Source: an uncultured bacterium
Lineage (GTDB): Bacteria; Pseudomonadota; Gammaproteobacteria; Pseudomonadales; JADFDG01
Reading direction: 5' to 3'
Assembly: GCA_965232985.1 (NCBI GenBank)
Contig: CBDDRC010000043.1
Location: forward strand, 9,216 to 73,215
Length of the DNA stretch: 64,000 nucleotides
This document shows, piece by piece, positions 56,904 to 64,000 of this stretch. The notes beneath the pieces are model-generated. The model had not been told where the DNA came from, ran no database searches, and saw nothing but the letters and a program-made list of their open reading frames with translations. Every line of letters starts with the position of its first letter. Positions within the stretch are counted from its first letter, which is position 1. A program made the translations under genes and the position numbers.

Positions 56904-57311
56904 ATGCAAAAGCGCCTCACCGCCCTGCTGATCTGCATGCTGCTCCTCACCGGCTGCAGCAGCCTGCGTTTTCCCGGCGTTTACCGGATCGATATTGAGC
57001 AGGGCAATATCGTTACCGACGACATGCTCGCCAAACTCAAGGTGGGCATGGATGAATCGCAGGTTCGCTATGTGATGGGCACCCCGCAACTGACCGACCC
57101 GTTCGAGCCGGGCCGCTGGGTTTATGCCTACCGGCTGCGGCGCGGCGACCGCAATGGCGAGATCATCGAGGGCAAGGTCGTGCTGACCTTCGAGAACAGC
57201 ACCCTGGCGCATTGGGAAGGAAAGACGGTGCCAATGGCGGCACGTACCCGTATCGACACCAGCAGCAGTGGCGCCACCGGCAGCACCGCACCGCCACTGC
57301 CATCACCCTGA
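56904..57311 (+). CDS. bamE: outer-membrane assembly lipoprotein BamE (OmlA/SmpA)
   Basis: Trimmed to ATG 56904. Lipobox LLTGC and IDIEQGNIVTDDMLAKLKVGMDESQVRYVMGTP. It is divergent from fur, as in Pseudomonas. Confidence 0.88.
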   Translation: MQKRLTALLICMLLLTGCSSLRFPGVYRIDIEQGNIVTDDMLAKLKVGMDESQVRYVMGTPQLTDPFEPGRWVYAYRLRRGDRNGEIIEGKVVLTFENSTLAHWEGKTVPMAARTRIDTSSSGATGSTAPPLPSP

Positions 57312-57351
57312 TCAGCCGCACGATTGGCCGTGCCGCAAACCTGCAAGCCTG

Positions 57352-57672
57352 TTACTCCCCGTGCGTGCGTTTTTGCCTGGCTTGCTGCGCGCGCTGCTTG
57401 CGTGAATCGTTCGGGCTGGCGGTAAGTGGCCGATAAAGCTCAACGCGCTCGCCATCGGCCAGTATGCGTAACTTCGGGCTCGTCTCGATCTGCGCGAACA
57501 CCCCCATCGGGGTCTGTTCCGGGTCGATCATGCCCGGAAACTGCGCGGCAATGCCGGAGCGCACGACAGCATCGAACATCGTCACTCCTGCCTCCACCTC
57601 AAGGGCAATCACCACTTGCTTGTGCGGCAACGCATAGGCCACTTCAATATGAATTTTTTTAGCCTCGCTCAT
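57352..57672 (-). CDS. rnfH: RnfH-family ubiquitin-like protein (UPF0125)
   Basis: IHIEVAYALPHKQVVIALEVEAGVTMFDAVVRSGI...DGERVELYRPL. It lies downstream of ratA. Confidence 0.85.
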   Translation of the reverse strand: MSEAKKIHIEVAYALPHKQVVIALEVEAGVTMFDAVVRSGIAAQFPGMIDPEQTPMGVFAQIETSPKLRILADGERVELYRPLTASPNDSRKQRAQQARQKRTHGE

Positions 57673-57681
57673 CGGTCACCT

Positions 57682-58128
57682 TCAGAACCGCTTGCCGTAC
57701 AACCGGGCTGCCCGCTTCTGGAATGCATCGATCGCCAATGCTGCCGCCTCGTTAACCAGCGCATTGACAGCCAGATGCGCAAGCCGCGATGCGATCTCGA
57801 ACTCGAACTCGATCGTGAACACCACCTTGCTGGCCGATGCGCCCAGCGGCTGAAAATCCCAGGCGCCGCGCAGCACCTCGAACGGGCCGTCGATCAGCTC
57901 CATCTCAAGCCGATATGGCGCGACGTGACGATTGCGCGTCGTCACGCCCTGCCGTACCCCTGCGCGCGCGAATGCCATATGCGCCGTCACACTGCTTTCA
58001 TCACGTTGCAGCACGCGTGCTTCAACGCAAAACGGCAGGTACTGCGGATAGGCCTCAACATCGCTGACCAGCGCAAACAACTCGGCCGGCGAGTAGGCAA
58101 CCAGCGCGGTGCGGCTGACGGTGGGCAC
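57682..58128 (-). CDS. ratA: SRPBCC-family protein RatA/YfjG (ribosome-association toxin / CoQ-binding homologue)
   Basis: VSRTALVAYSPAELFALVSDVEAYPQYLPFC. The GTG at 58128 gives a canonical N-terminus and a 4-nt gap to the upstream transporter. ATG 58161 is an alternative start. Confidence 0.8.
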   Translation of the reverse strand: MPTVSRTALVAYSPAELFALVSDVEAYPQYLPFCVEARVLQRDESSVTAHMAFARAGVRQGVTTRNRHVAPYRLEMELIDGPFEVLRGAWDFQPLGASASKVVFTIEFEFEIASRLAHLAVNALVNEAAALAIDAFQKRAARLYGKRF

Positions 58129-58132
58129 ACCG

Positions 58133-59497
58133 TCAGCCCAACAAGCCGACAAGCAGCACAACGAGAATCAGCAGCGGCGCTACAACGCGCACCGCCACGC
58201 GCCAGGCGAGATACAGCCCCATGTTTTTCATGGCGAGTTCTTTCATGACCCGCGTGTCCTTCATCACCCAGCCAGCGAAAATTGCCAGCAAGACGCCACC
58301 CACCGGCAGCAGGATATTCGCGGTCACATAGTCGAGCAGTTCATACAGGGTGCGGCCGCCAACCTGCACCCCGGCCAGGACATTAAATGACAGCACCGTA
58401 ACGATGCCCAGCGCCCAGGCCGCAGCACACAACACCAGTGTTGCCCGCACTCTCGACGCGCCCCGTTCGACCAGCCACGCCGCAAAAGGCTCCACCAGGC
58501 CGATGGCCGAACCCCAGGCGGCAAACAGCACCATCAGAAAAAATGCGCCGCCAAGGAACATACCGCCCGGCATTGCCTCGAACACTACCGGCAAGGTCAC
58601 GAACATCAGGCCCGGCCCCTCCGCAGGGCTCAGCCCGCTGGCGAACACCAGTGGAAACATCGCCAGACCAGCGAGCAGCGACACCAGCGTATCAATCGCA
58701 ATAATCCAGACTGTGCTCACGGCAATCGATTGTTGTGCGGGCATGTAGGCTCCGTATGCCAACAACGCGCCCATACCAATACTCATGGTGAAAAAACTGT
58801 GCCCCATCGCCACGATCACACCGTTCCATGTGAGCTGCGAAAAATCGGGAGTGAATATGAAAGCAACCGCTTCGGCAAAGTTGCCATACATCGCGCTATA
58901 GGCAACAACCACGACCAGCAGTATCAACAGGCCCGGCATCAGGATGCGAACCGCCTGCTCCAATCCGCGCTCAACGCCGCGCATGACAATCAATGCCACA
59001 ACGAGCATGAACAGTGTATGCCAGCCGAACATTTCTGCCGGACTCGCAAAAAAATCATCAAGCGTCGCCTTGGCCGTTGCCGCATCTGCGGCCGGCGCGA
59101 AGCCCAACGGAAATTTCACCAGCCAGGCCAGCACCCAGCCACCAATCACACTGTAGTAGGAAAGAATCAGAAACCCGGTGAGCACCCCAAGCACACCAAC
59201 CCAGCGCCACTTTGACGATGCCTTCGCTTCAACGGCCAGCGCAGCAAACGAATTGACCGGCGATTGACGGCCACGGCGACCGATCATGATCTCGGCCATC
59301 ATCAACGGAACCGACAACAACAACACACAGCCCAGGTAAACCAGTACGAAGGCTCCACCACCGTTCTGGCCGATGATGTAGGGCAGTTTCCAGATCGAAC
59401 CGAGACCAACAGCGGAACTCGCAGCGGCGAGGATGAAAATCAGGCGGCCGCTCCAGGCGCCATGAATCGATACGGCTTGCTGCGGCTGAGCTGTCAT
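58133..59497 (-). CDS. sodium-dependent transporter of the NSS/SNF family
   Basis: GLGSIWKLPYIIGQNGGGAF signature and ~12 TM segments; 454 aa. Confidence 0.85.
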   Translation of the reverse strand: MTAQPQQAVSIHGAWSGRLIFILAAASSAVGLGSIWKLPYIIGQNGGGAFVLVYLGCVLLLSVPLMMAEIMIGRRGRQSPVNSFAALAVEAKASSKWRWVGVLGVLTGFLILSYYSVIGGWVLAWLVKFPLGFAPAADAATAKATLDDFFASPAEMFGWHTLFMLVVALIVMRGVERGLEQAVRILMPGLLILLVVVVAYSAMYGNFAEAVAFIFTPDFSQLTWNGVIVAMGHSFFTMSIGMGALLAYGAYMPAQQSIAVSTVWIIAIDTLVSLLAGLAMFPLVFASGLSPAEGPGLMFVTLPVVFEAMPGGMFLGGAFFLMVLFAAWGSAIGLVEPFAAWLVERGASRVRATLVLCAAAWALGIVTVLSFNVLAGVQVGGRTLYELLDYVTANILLPVGGVLLAIFAGWVMKDTRVMKELAMKNMGLYLAWRVAVRVVAPLLILVVLLVGLLG

Positions 59498-59616
59498 TGG
59501 GATCCCCTGAGTGGCCGGTGCGGTGCGCGCGGCGGCATTGTCCGCCGGCCGACGGACAGGCTCAAGCCAAGGCCATCGTATCGGCGAAGAGCACGACTGC
59601 CTATAATCCGCCGCCT

Positions 59617-60096
59617 ATGGCAAAAGACAAAAAAGCGCCTCCCGCGACGGTTGCCGTCAACCGGAAGGCACGTCACGAATACCAGATAGGCGATACCTTC
59701 GAAGCCGGCATGATGCTGCAAGGCTGGGAGGTGAAGTCCATGCGTGCCGGCAAGTGCAATTTGTCCGACGCCTACGTCACCGTGCGCGACGGCGAGGTGT
59801 TCCTGTTCGGCTGCCAGATACAGCCGCTACAGACCGCTTCCACTCACATCCACCCGGACCCGCTGCGCACCCGCAAACTGCTGCTGCACGATCGCCAGAT
59901 CAGTCAGATTCTCGCGGCGGTGTCGCGCGAGGGCGAAACCTGCATCCCGCTCAAGATTTACTGGAGCCACGGGCTCGCCAAGTGCGAGATAGCACTCGCT
60001 ACCGGCAAAAAACTGTTCGATAAACGCGAAAGCGAGAAAGAGCGCGACTGGGACCGCGAGCGGGCGCGCCTGCTGCGCACGCGCACCAAAGGCTGA
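59617..60096 (+). CDS. smpB: SsrA-binding protein
   Basis: Trimmed to ATG 59617. NRKARHEYQI, LQGWEVKSMRAGK, RTRKLLLH, and a basic C-terminal tail. Confidence 0.93.
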   Translation: MAKDKKAPPATVAVNRKARHEYQIGDTFEAGMMLQGWEVKSMRAGKCNLSDAYVTVRDGEVFLFGCQIQPLQTASTHIHPDPLRTRKLLLHDRQISQILAAVSREGETCIPLKIYWSHGLAKCEIALATGKKLFDKRESEKERDWDRERARLLRTRTKG

Positions 60097-60105
60097 ATCG
60101 GAAGC

Positions 60106-60133
60106 AAAAAAAAACCGGCCTGATGCAGGCCGG
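60106..60133 (-). terminator. intrinsic terminator of the minus-strand small membrane-protein gene (hairpin shared with the smpB 3' end)
   Basis: On the minus strand: CCGGCCTG-CAT-CAGGCCGG followed by T9. Confidence 0.8.
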
Positions 60134-60204
60134 CTCACCCATGGCAAGACCCGCAGACGGGGCCTTGCCGTATCAGGGCAACAAAGAATCAGTTGTTCAG
60201 CTGC

Positions 60205-60492
60205 TCAGCCAATGCGGGGCAGGTTATGGCTGTCGAGGCCAAGACGGCGCTCGACCGTCCGGAGCCAACGCAGACCAACACTCAGCACCACCGGCATGCC
60301 AAAAATCGCGTACATGACAACCAGGAGATGCCCTTTGCCGGTCATCTGGTCGATAAAAACGATGCCGCCGATGTACAGTGCGAGAACTGCCAGCAGCTCC
60401 AAGGTACGGACGGCCAGAGGGGCGCGCCGAACGACACGGCGGCCGGCCTGATTCAGGCTTCCCACTGAAATACTATGTGCGTTCATCTTCAT
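60205..60492 (-). CDS. 95-aa two-TM membrane protein, family not recognised
   Basis: RBS GAGG before ATG 60492. Two hydrophobic helices (LELLAVLALYIGGIVFI and LLVVMYAIFGMPVVLSVGL). It has its own terminator. Confidence 0.5.
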   Translation of the reverse strand: MKMNAHSISVGSLNQAGRRVVRRAPLAVRTLELLAVLALYIGGIVFIDQMTGKGHLLVVMYAIFGMPVVLSVGLRWLRTVERRLGLDSHNLPRIG

Positions 60493-60777
60493 TACCTCTT
60501 CCAGTCACTGCGGGATCTAGGTGAGCCTGCGGCGCTCGCCGCCATCTGCCCACGCCGCACATGTTAAGTGAACATCCGTGCTCCGCCTTAAACATTGTAG
60601 GACAATGAAACATAAAATCTAAAATATTTGGGGTTTTTATGGCCCATGTCAGACAAACGTATTCAAAATCACCCCTGTTTGCCATTTCCATGCGCTTCTG
60701 GGCGCCGCGCCGCCCGCCCCGCGACGATATCCCACATTGAATTCCCTGCCCTCAGCCCCCACACTGGCCCTTCCAAA

Positions 60778-61135
60778 GGGGGCGACATGGCTTCGACGCC
60801 GGTAACAAACCCCAAGGTGCATGCCGAGCCGCTGGCCCAGGCTCGTAAATACACAGCCAGATCAAGTTAGTCGCCAACGACGAAACTTACGCTCTAGCCG
60901 CTTAATCGCGGTTAGCCGTTTTTAGGAAGTTGTCCGTAACTTCCGAAAAAAACGGTCATCCGATACGGAATAGCCTGACGGGACGTCCACGACCGGCAAG
61001 CGAAATTCAGTGGAATCGCTCCAAGCACCCCGCCTGCCGGGTCGCCCAGGAGTTAACTCAATAGGCAACGCTAAGCATGTAGAGCCAAGGGCGGAGTGCT
61101 GACGGACGCGGGTTCGATTCCCGCCGCCTCCACCA
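60778..61135 (+). ncRNA. ssrA: tmRNA (SsrA)
   Basis: The 5' end GGGGGCGACATGGCTTCGACGCCGG pairs with the 3' end ...GGACGCGGGTTCGATTCCCGCCGCCTCCACCA (G3-U, tRNA-Ala-like acceptor). The tag reading frame GCC AAC GAC GAA ACT TAC GCT CTA GCC GCT TAA (60873-60905) encodes ANDETYALAA. Confidence 0.92.
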
Positions 61136-61182
61136 AATCAGGGTCCCGCGCCATCCGGCAAAGGCCCGAAACCCCAGCAAAG

Positions 61183-61210
61183 ACGCGGCTTAGGCCGCGT
61201 TTTTTGTTTC
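61183..61210 (+). terminator. intrinsic terminator downstream of ssrA
   Basis: ACGCGGC-TTAG-GCCGCGT followed by TTTTTGTTT. Confidence 0.75.
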
Positions 61211-61239
61211 TGGCGATCCGGGAGCATCCATTGCAATCC

Positions 61240-61298
61240 GGGGGTACGTGGGGGTACTTTTGTGGGGTACCTGAAACCCCCGCCGGGAATGTACCCCC
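61240..61298 (+). repeat. three direct and one inverted copy of GGGGTAC upstream of int
   Basis: GGGGGTAC 61240-61247 and 61250-61257, GGGGTAC 61264-61270, and inverted GTACCCCC 61291-61298, just before the int ATG at 61301. Confidence 0.6.
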
Positions 61299-61300
61299 AA

Positions 61301-62533
61301 ATGGCCGCCGACAAGCTCACCGACACCAAGGCCCGCACGGCAAAACCCGCTACCAAACCATACAAGCTGGCCGATGGGGGTGGACTGTTCCTGCTGGTCA
61401 ACTCTGACGGCCGCCGCTACTGGCGATTGAAGTACCGCCACGCCGGCAAGGAAAAACTGCTGGGGCTGGGAACCTACCCCACCGTGACACTGGCCACCGC
61501 CCGTGCCCTGCGCGGGGAAGCCAAGGCCAAACTGGCGGCAGGGATCGACCCCAGCCAAGCCCGGCAGGACATGAAGCGCCAGCGCGCCATCAGCGCCGCC
61601 AACAGTTTTGAATCAGTCGCCCGTGAATGGCACGCGCTGCAAACGGCAGGCCGCTGGACAGAACGCTATGCGCTCAAGGTCATGCAGGGTTTTGAGAAAC
61701 ATATCTTCCCGATCCTTGGCTACCGTCCACTGAAAGAAATTACCGCCAGCGAATTACTGACCGTGCTGCGCACCATGCAAACCGGCGGCACCATCGACCG
61801 TGCCAACCGCTTGCGCCAAACGTGCGGGGAAGTTTTTCGCTATGGCATCGTGACCGGCCGCGCCGACAGCAACCCGGCAGCCGATCTGGTGCGCGCACTC
61901 CAGCCGAGCAGGCAACGCCACTTCGCGGCGCTCACCAAAGAACAGTTCCCCGTGTTTCTGCGCGCATTGAAAAAAGAAACACGCCTTGCCGAAACCACGC
62001 GCCTTGGTTTGCGCCTTCTGGCGCTCACTTTTGTGCGGCCCGGCGAATTGCGGCAGGCCAGGTGGCAAGAATTCGATCTTGAAAACGCCACATGGGACAT
62101 ACCCGCCGAGCGCATGAAAATGCGGGAAGGCCATATCGTGCCCCTGTCAGGCGCCGCACTGGACACACTGCGCGAGTTGCAGGCATTTACCGGACAAGGT
62201 GAACTTTTATTTCCCGGCCGCTCCAATGTGCGCCAGCCAATCAGCGACAACACCTTCCGCAAGGCGTTGCACGACATGGGCTTTGCAGTAACTGCGCACG
62301 GCTTCCGTTCCACCGCGTCTACGATCCTGAATGAAATGGGCTTTCGTGCTGACGTTATCGAGCGCCAGTTATCACACGGAGAGCGCAACAAGGTCCGCAA
62401 GGCGTACAACCGCGCGCAGTATCTTGAAGAGCGCCGCGACATGATGAAACACTGGGGCGAATATCTGGCCGCGCTGGAGCAAGGCGGAAAAGTAATTCCG
62501 ATCAATCAACGAAAAGGCGCAAAACCCGCCTGA
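61301..62533 (+). CDS. int: P4-type tyrosine integrase (DUF4102 arm-binding N-domain + catalytic domain)
   Basis: YKLADGGGLFLLVNSDGRRYWRLKYRHAGKEKLLGLGTYP N-domain. The catalytic region has RPGELRQARW (Arg I), HGFRSTAST (H-x-x-R) and LSHGERNKVRKAYNRAQY (catalytic Tyr). Confidence 0.9.
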   Translation: MAADKLTDTKARTAKPATKPYKLADGGGLFLLVNSDGRRYWRLKYRHAGKEKLLGLGTYPTVTLATARALRGEAKAKLAAGIDPSQARQDMKRQRAISAANSFESVAREWHALQTAGRWTERYALKVMQGFEKHIFPILGYRPLKEITASELLTVLRTMQTGGTIDRANRLRQTCGEVFRYGIVTGRADSNPAADLVRALQPSRQRHFAALTKEQFPVFLRALKKETRLAETTRLGLRLLALTFVRPGELRQARWQEFDLENATWDIPAERMKMREGHIVPLSGAALDTLRELQAFTGQGELLFPGRSNVRQPISDNTFRKALHDMGFAVTAHGFRSTASTILNEMGFRADVIERQLSHGERNKVRKAYNRAQYLEERRDMMKHWGEYLAALEQGGKVIPINQRKGAKPA

Positions 62534-62632
62534 TTCAACCGAACCGCTGCGCCTAGCCCGACGGGGCGAAAACGGGGAACCCTACCACGCTGGCGTGGCG
62601 ACTTTTTAGGGAGTGCTCAAGGGGGTGCAACG

Positions 62633-63232
62633 ATGCCTATCGGTGCGGATGTGGGAACAAAGTGTGACCACCATTCACTCATGGAATCACTCACCACTAA
62701 GATGGACGATAAAAAGGTAATCTGGTTGATTAAGAAATACTGGGAACACAGCGACAACGTGGCCGCAAGAAATCAACAGATGGACGGCAAGAAAAGCACG
62801 CGTGAGATTTTACAATTTATGATCGATTTTTCCGACATGGACGATTCGATAAAGGACACGCTATTGGAAGGCGCAAGGAAAGACCCTATCGCGTGGGAGG
62901 TAATGCGGGAACACTTGGCAAAGGCGGTTTTGTCTGGCGAACCCATTAGCAAAACTGACTGGGAATTTCTGTTGCTCATTTTGAGTGAAGAAAAACCAAG
63001 TCGAAGGGGCAGAAGAGTTAAGCCTGCTGACTTTCACACCCAATTGCAGTTGCATTTTCTGGTCTCGTTGGTCAACAAAAAAGCTGGCTACTCATTGGGA
63101 ACGGATGGCACTAACCAACGTGACGCTTTCGATATTGTTGGGCAGGCCACCAGCACAAATCGGGAGACAGTAAGGGACGCATGGCGCATTTTAAAGAAAT
63201 TCCAGAAAGGCAAAGGCAAGGGGAAGAAATAG
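62633..63232 (+). CDS. orphan 199-aa protein, no recognisable domain; Lys-rich C-terminus
   Basis: ORF with GGGGG RBS-like tract upstream. It is markedly A/T-richer than its surroundings and is followed by its own terminator. An internal ATG at 62681 is an alternative start. Confidence 0.5.
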   Translation: MPIGADVGTKCDHHSLMESLTTKMDDKKVIWLIKKYWEHSDNVAARNQQMDGKKSTREILQFMIDFSDMDDSIKDTLLEGARKDPIAWEVMREHLAKAVLSGEPISKTDWEFLLLILSEEKPSRRGRRVKPADFHTQLQLHFLVSLVNKKAGYSLGTDGTNQRDAFDIVGQATSTNRETVRDAWRILKKFQKGKGKGKK

Positions 63233-63241
63233 CGCCTATTT

Positions 63242-63272
63242 CCGCCTCCCCCTGAATGAGAGGCGGTTTTCT
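63242..63272 (+). terminator. intrinsic terminator after the orphan gene
   Basis: CCGCCTC-11-nt loop-GAGGCGG followed by TTTTCT. Confidence 0.65.
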
Positions 63273-63307
63273 ACAGTTGGGAGACCTAGCAACCCGAGGC
63301 CGTCCCG

Positions 63308-63571
63308 ATGAACAGCGCAACAATCCCCACCGTAGGTTTTATCCGCATCACCACGATCCTGTCAGCCATCCAAATCGGCAAGTCTACGCTTTGGAAAATG
63401 GTGGCCGACCGACGCTTCCCACAACCTTGTAGGCCTTCGCCGTTCGGCCCTGCCGTCACTGTCTGGCGCGCGGAGGATATTCACGCCTTCATCCGGGGTG
63501 AGTGGAAACCCGATACGCCCCCCGCTGACACAACGCGGGGTGAGTGGAAACCGGAAGGGGGCGCGAAATGA
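63308..63571 (+). CDS. alpA: AlpA-family phage regulatory protein / excisionase-like HTH
   Basis: GFIRITTILSAIQIGKSTLWKMVADRRFPQP...VWRAEDIHAFI matches the AlpA/Xis MerR-like HTH pattern. Confidence 0.8.
   Translation: MNSATIPTVGFIRITTILSAIQIGKSTLWKMVADRRFPQPCRPSPFGPAVTVWRAEDIHAFIRGEWKPDTPPADTTRGEWKPEGGAK
63494..63552 (+). repeat. 17-nt perfect direct repeat, period 42 nt
   Basis: CGGGGTGAGTGGAAACC occurs at 63494-63510 and 63536-63552. It is in frame in the alpA 3' end (RGEWKP x2) and lies 16 nt upstream of the next start codon. Confidence 0.9.
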
Positions 63572-63936
63572 AAAAGCGCCCGACCGTTTCCGATACGAGC
63601 GCCCCTGACACGGCAGACTCTAGCACCGCCAGCCACACACCGCGACCCACCAAACAAGCGCGAATCTTGCGCCTGCTAACCGACGGGGTGAGCCTTAACA
63701 GGTTCGAGGCCGAACGGCTTGGGGATCATGCGTTGCCGAGCACAATAAGCACGCTGCGCCACATTCATGGCTTGCCGATCATTGGCACGTCTGAAACCGT
63801 CCCCACACGCTTCGGTAGGCCCGCACATCCGAAGCGTTATCACTTGCCCGACAACGCGCGCCACTTGGCTATTGCGCTGCTGGCGCAATGGGGCGCTCCC
63901 GCCAATGACTCGCACGGCGCTGGAGGTGTGGCATGA
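63568..63936 (+). CDS. island-encoded putative winged-helix DNA-binding protein
   Basis: ATG 63568 overlaps the alpA stop (ATGA). QARILRLLTDGVSLNRFEAERLGDHALPSTISTLR is HTH-like. The family was not recognised. Confidence 0.5.
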   Translation: MKKRPTVSDTSAPDTADSSTASHTPRPTKQARILRLLTDGVSLNRFEAERLGDHALPSTISTLRHIHGLPIIGTSETVPTRFGRPAHPKRYHLPDNARHLAIALLAQWGAPANDSHGAGGVA

Positions 63937-64000
63937 CCGGCAACCTGCTGGCGACATTTCCGCGCACCGACCGCACCGAGGTCCGGCTTTGCGTTTCGCA
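63933..64000 (+). CDS. 5' end of a further island ORF (truncated by the window edge)
   Basis: ATG 63933 overlaps the preceding stop (ATGA). It reads MTGNLLATFPRTDRTEVRLCVS... and is open to the window end. Confidence 0.3.
   Translation, partial: MTGNLLATFPRTDRTEVRLCVS

Larger units (their letters stand above)
61136..64000. mobile_element. left end of an integrase/AlpA genomic island (P4-like satellite or PICI-like) inserted at the ssrA 3' end; it continues beyond the window
   Basis: A tyrosine integrase lies immediately 3' of the tmRNA, followed by a low-GC orphan gene, an AlpA-type excisionase/regulator and overlapping small regulatory ORFs. There is a compositional break relative to the backbone. 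Confidence 0.7.

Noticed and set aside
60628-60870. ORFs 60628..60870(+) and 60669..60854(-).
   Set aside because: They overlap the 5' half of the tmRNA gene, including its tRNA-like acceptor arm and pseudoknot region. The only translated element there is the 10-codon tag frame at 60873-60905.

Overview
This is a 64-kb, high-GC chromosomal segment, almost certainly from a gammaproteobacterium. All calls below were made by eye from the ORF translations and the raw sequence. No database searches or covariance-model searches were run.

The backbone is a densely packed housekeeping region:
- hemL | mrcB | a PfkB-family kinase and a Rieske protein
- dksA-gluQ | a small ORF-cbrA-cbrB | a sigma54-driven A-rich sRNA | pcnB-folK-panB-panC-panD
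- acs and a SIMPL protein | pnp-rpsO-truB-rbfA-infB-nusA-rimP-tRNA(fMet)-tRNA(Leu)-secG-tpiA-glmM-folP-ftsH-rlmE
- yhbY | greA-carB-carA-dapB ... dnaJ-dnaK-grpE ... hrcA | recN ... fur | bamE | rnfH-ratA | smpB | ssrA

From memory, this order matches the Pseudomonas dksA...smpB region. The proteins are diverged, however, and an hrcA gene is present, so the source is probably not Pseudomonas sensu stricto.

Non-backbone or unusual content, in window order:
1. DksA carries a ~180-aa Ala/Lys/Pro histone-H1/AlgP-like N-terminal tail.
2. A 58-codon hydrophobic ORF overlaps the cbrA start (cbrX-like).
3. A CrcZ-like sRNA locus lies between cbrB and pcnB. It has a near-consensus sigma54 promoter, five AAnAAnAA clusters, an intrinsic terminator and TGTTAC/GTAACA half-sites upstream.
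4. A two-gene, more A/T-rich insertion sits between dnaJ and dapB. It encodes an orphan protein with a Tat signal plus a signal-less diiron-carboxylate protein.
5. A haem-c fatty acid cis/trans isomerase gene (cti) is wedged between hrcA and grpE, with sigma32-type promoters before grpE and dnaK.
6. A module of CHASE2 class-III cyclase, SH3b protein and M48 protease is inserted between recN and fur.
7. An integrase/AlpA island (P4- or PICI-like) is inserted at the 3' end of the tmRNA gene and runs off the window.

No CRISPR arrays, rRNA genes or transposases were seen. The many long ORFs antisense to housekeeping genes are high-GC shadow ORFs.
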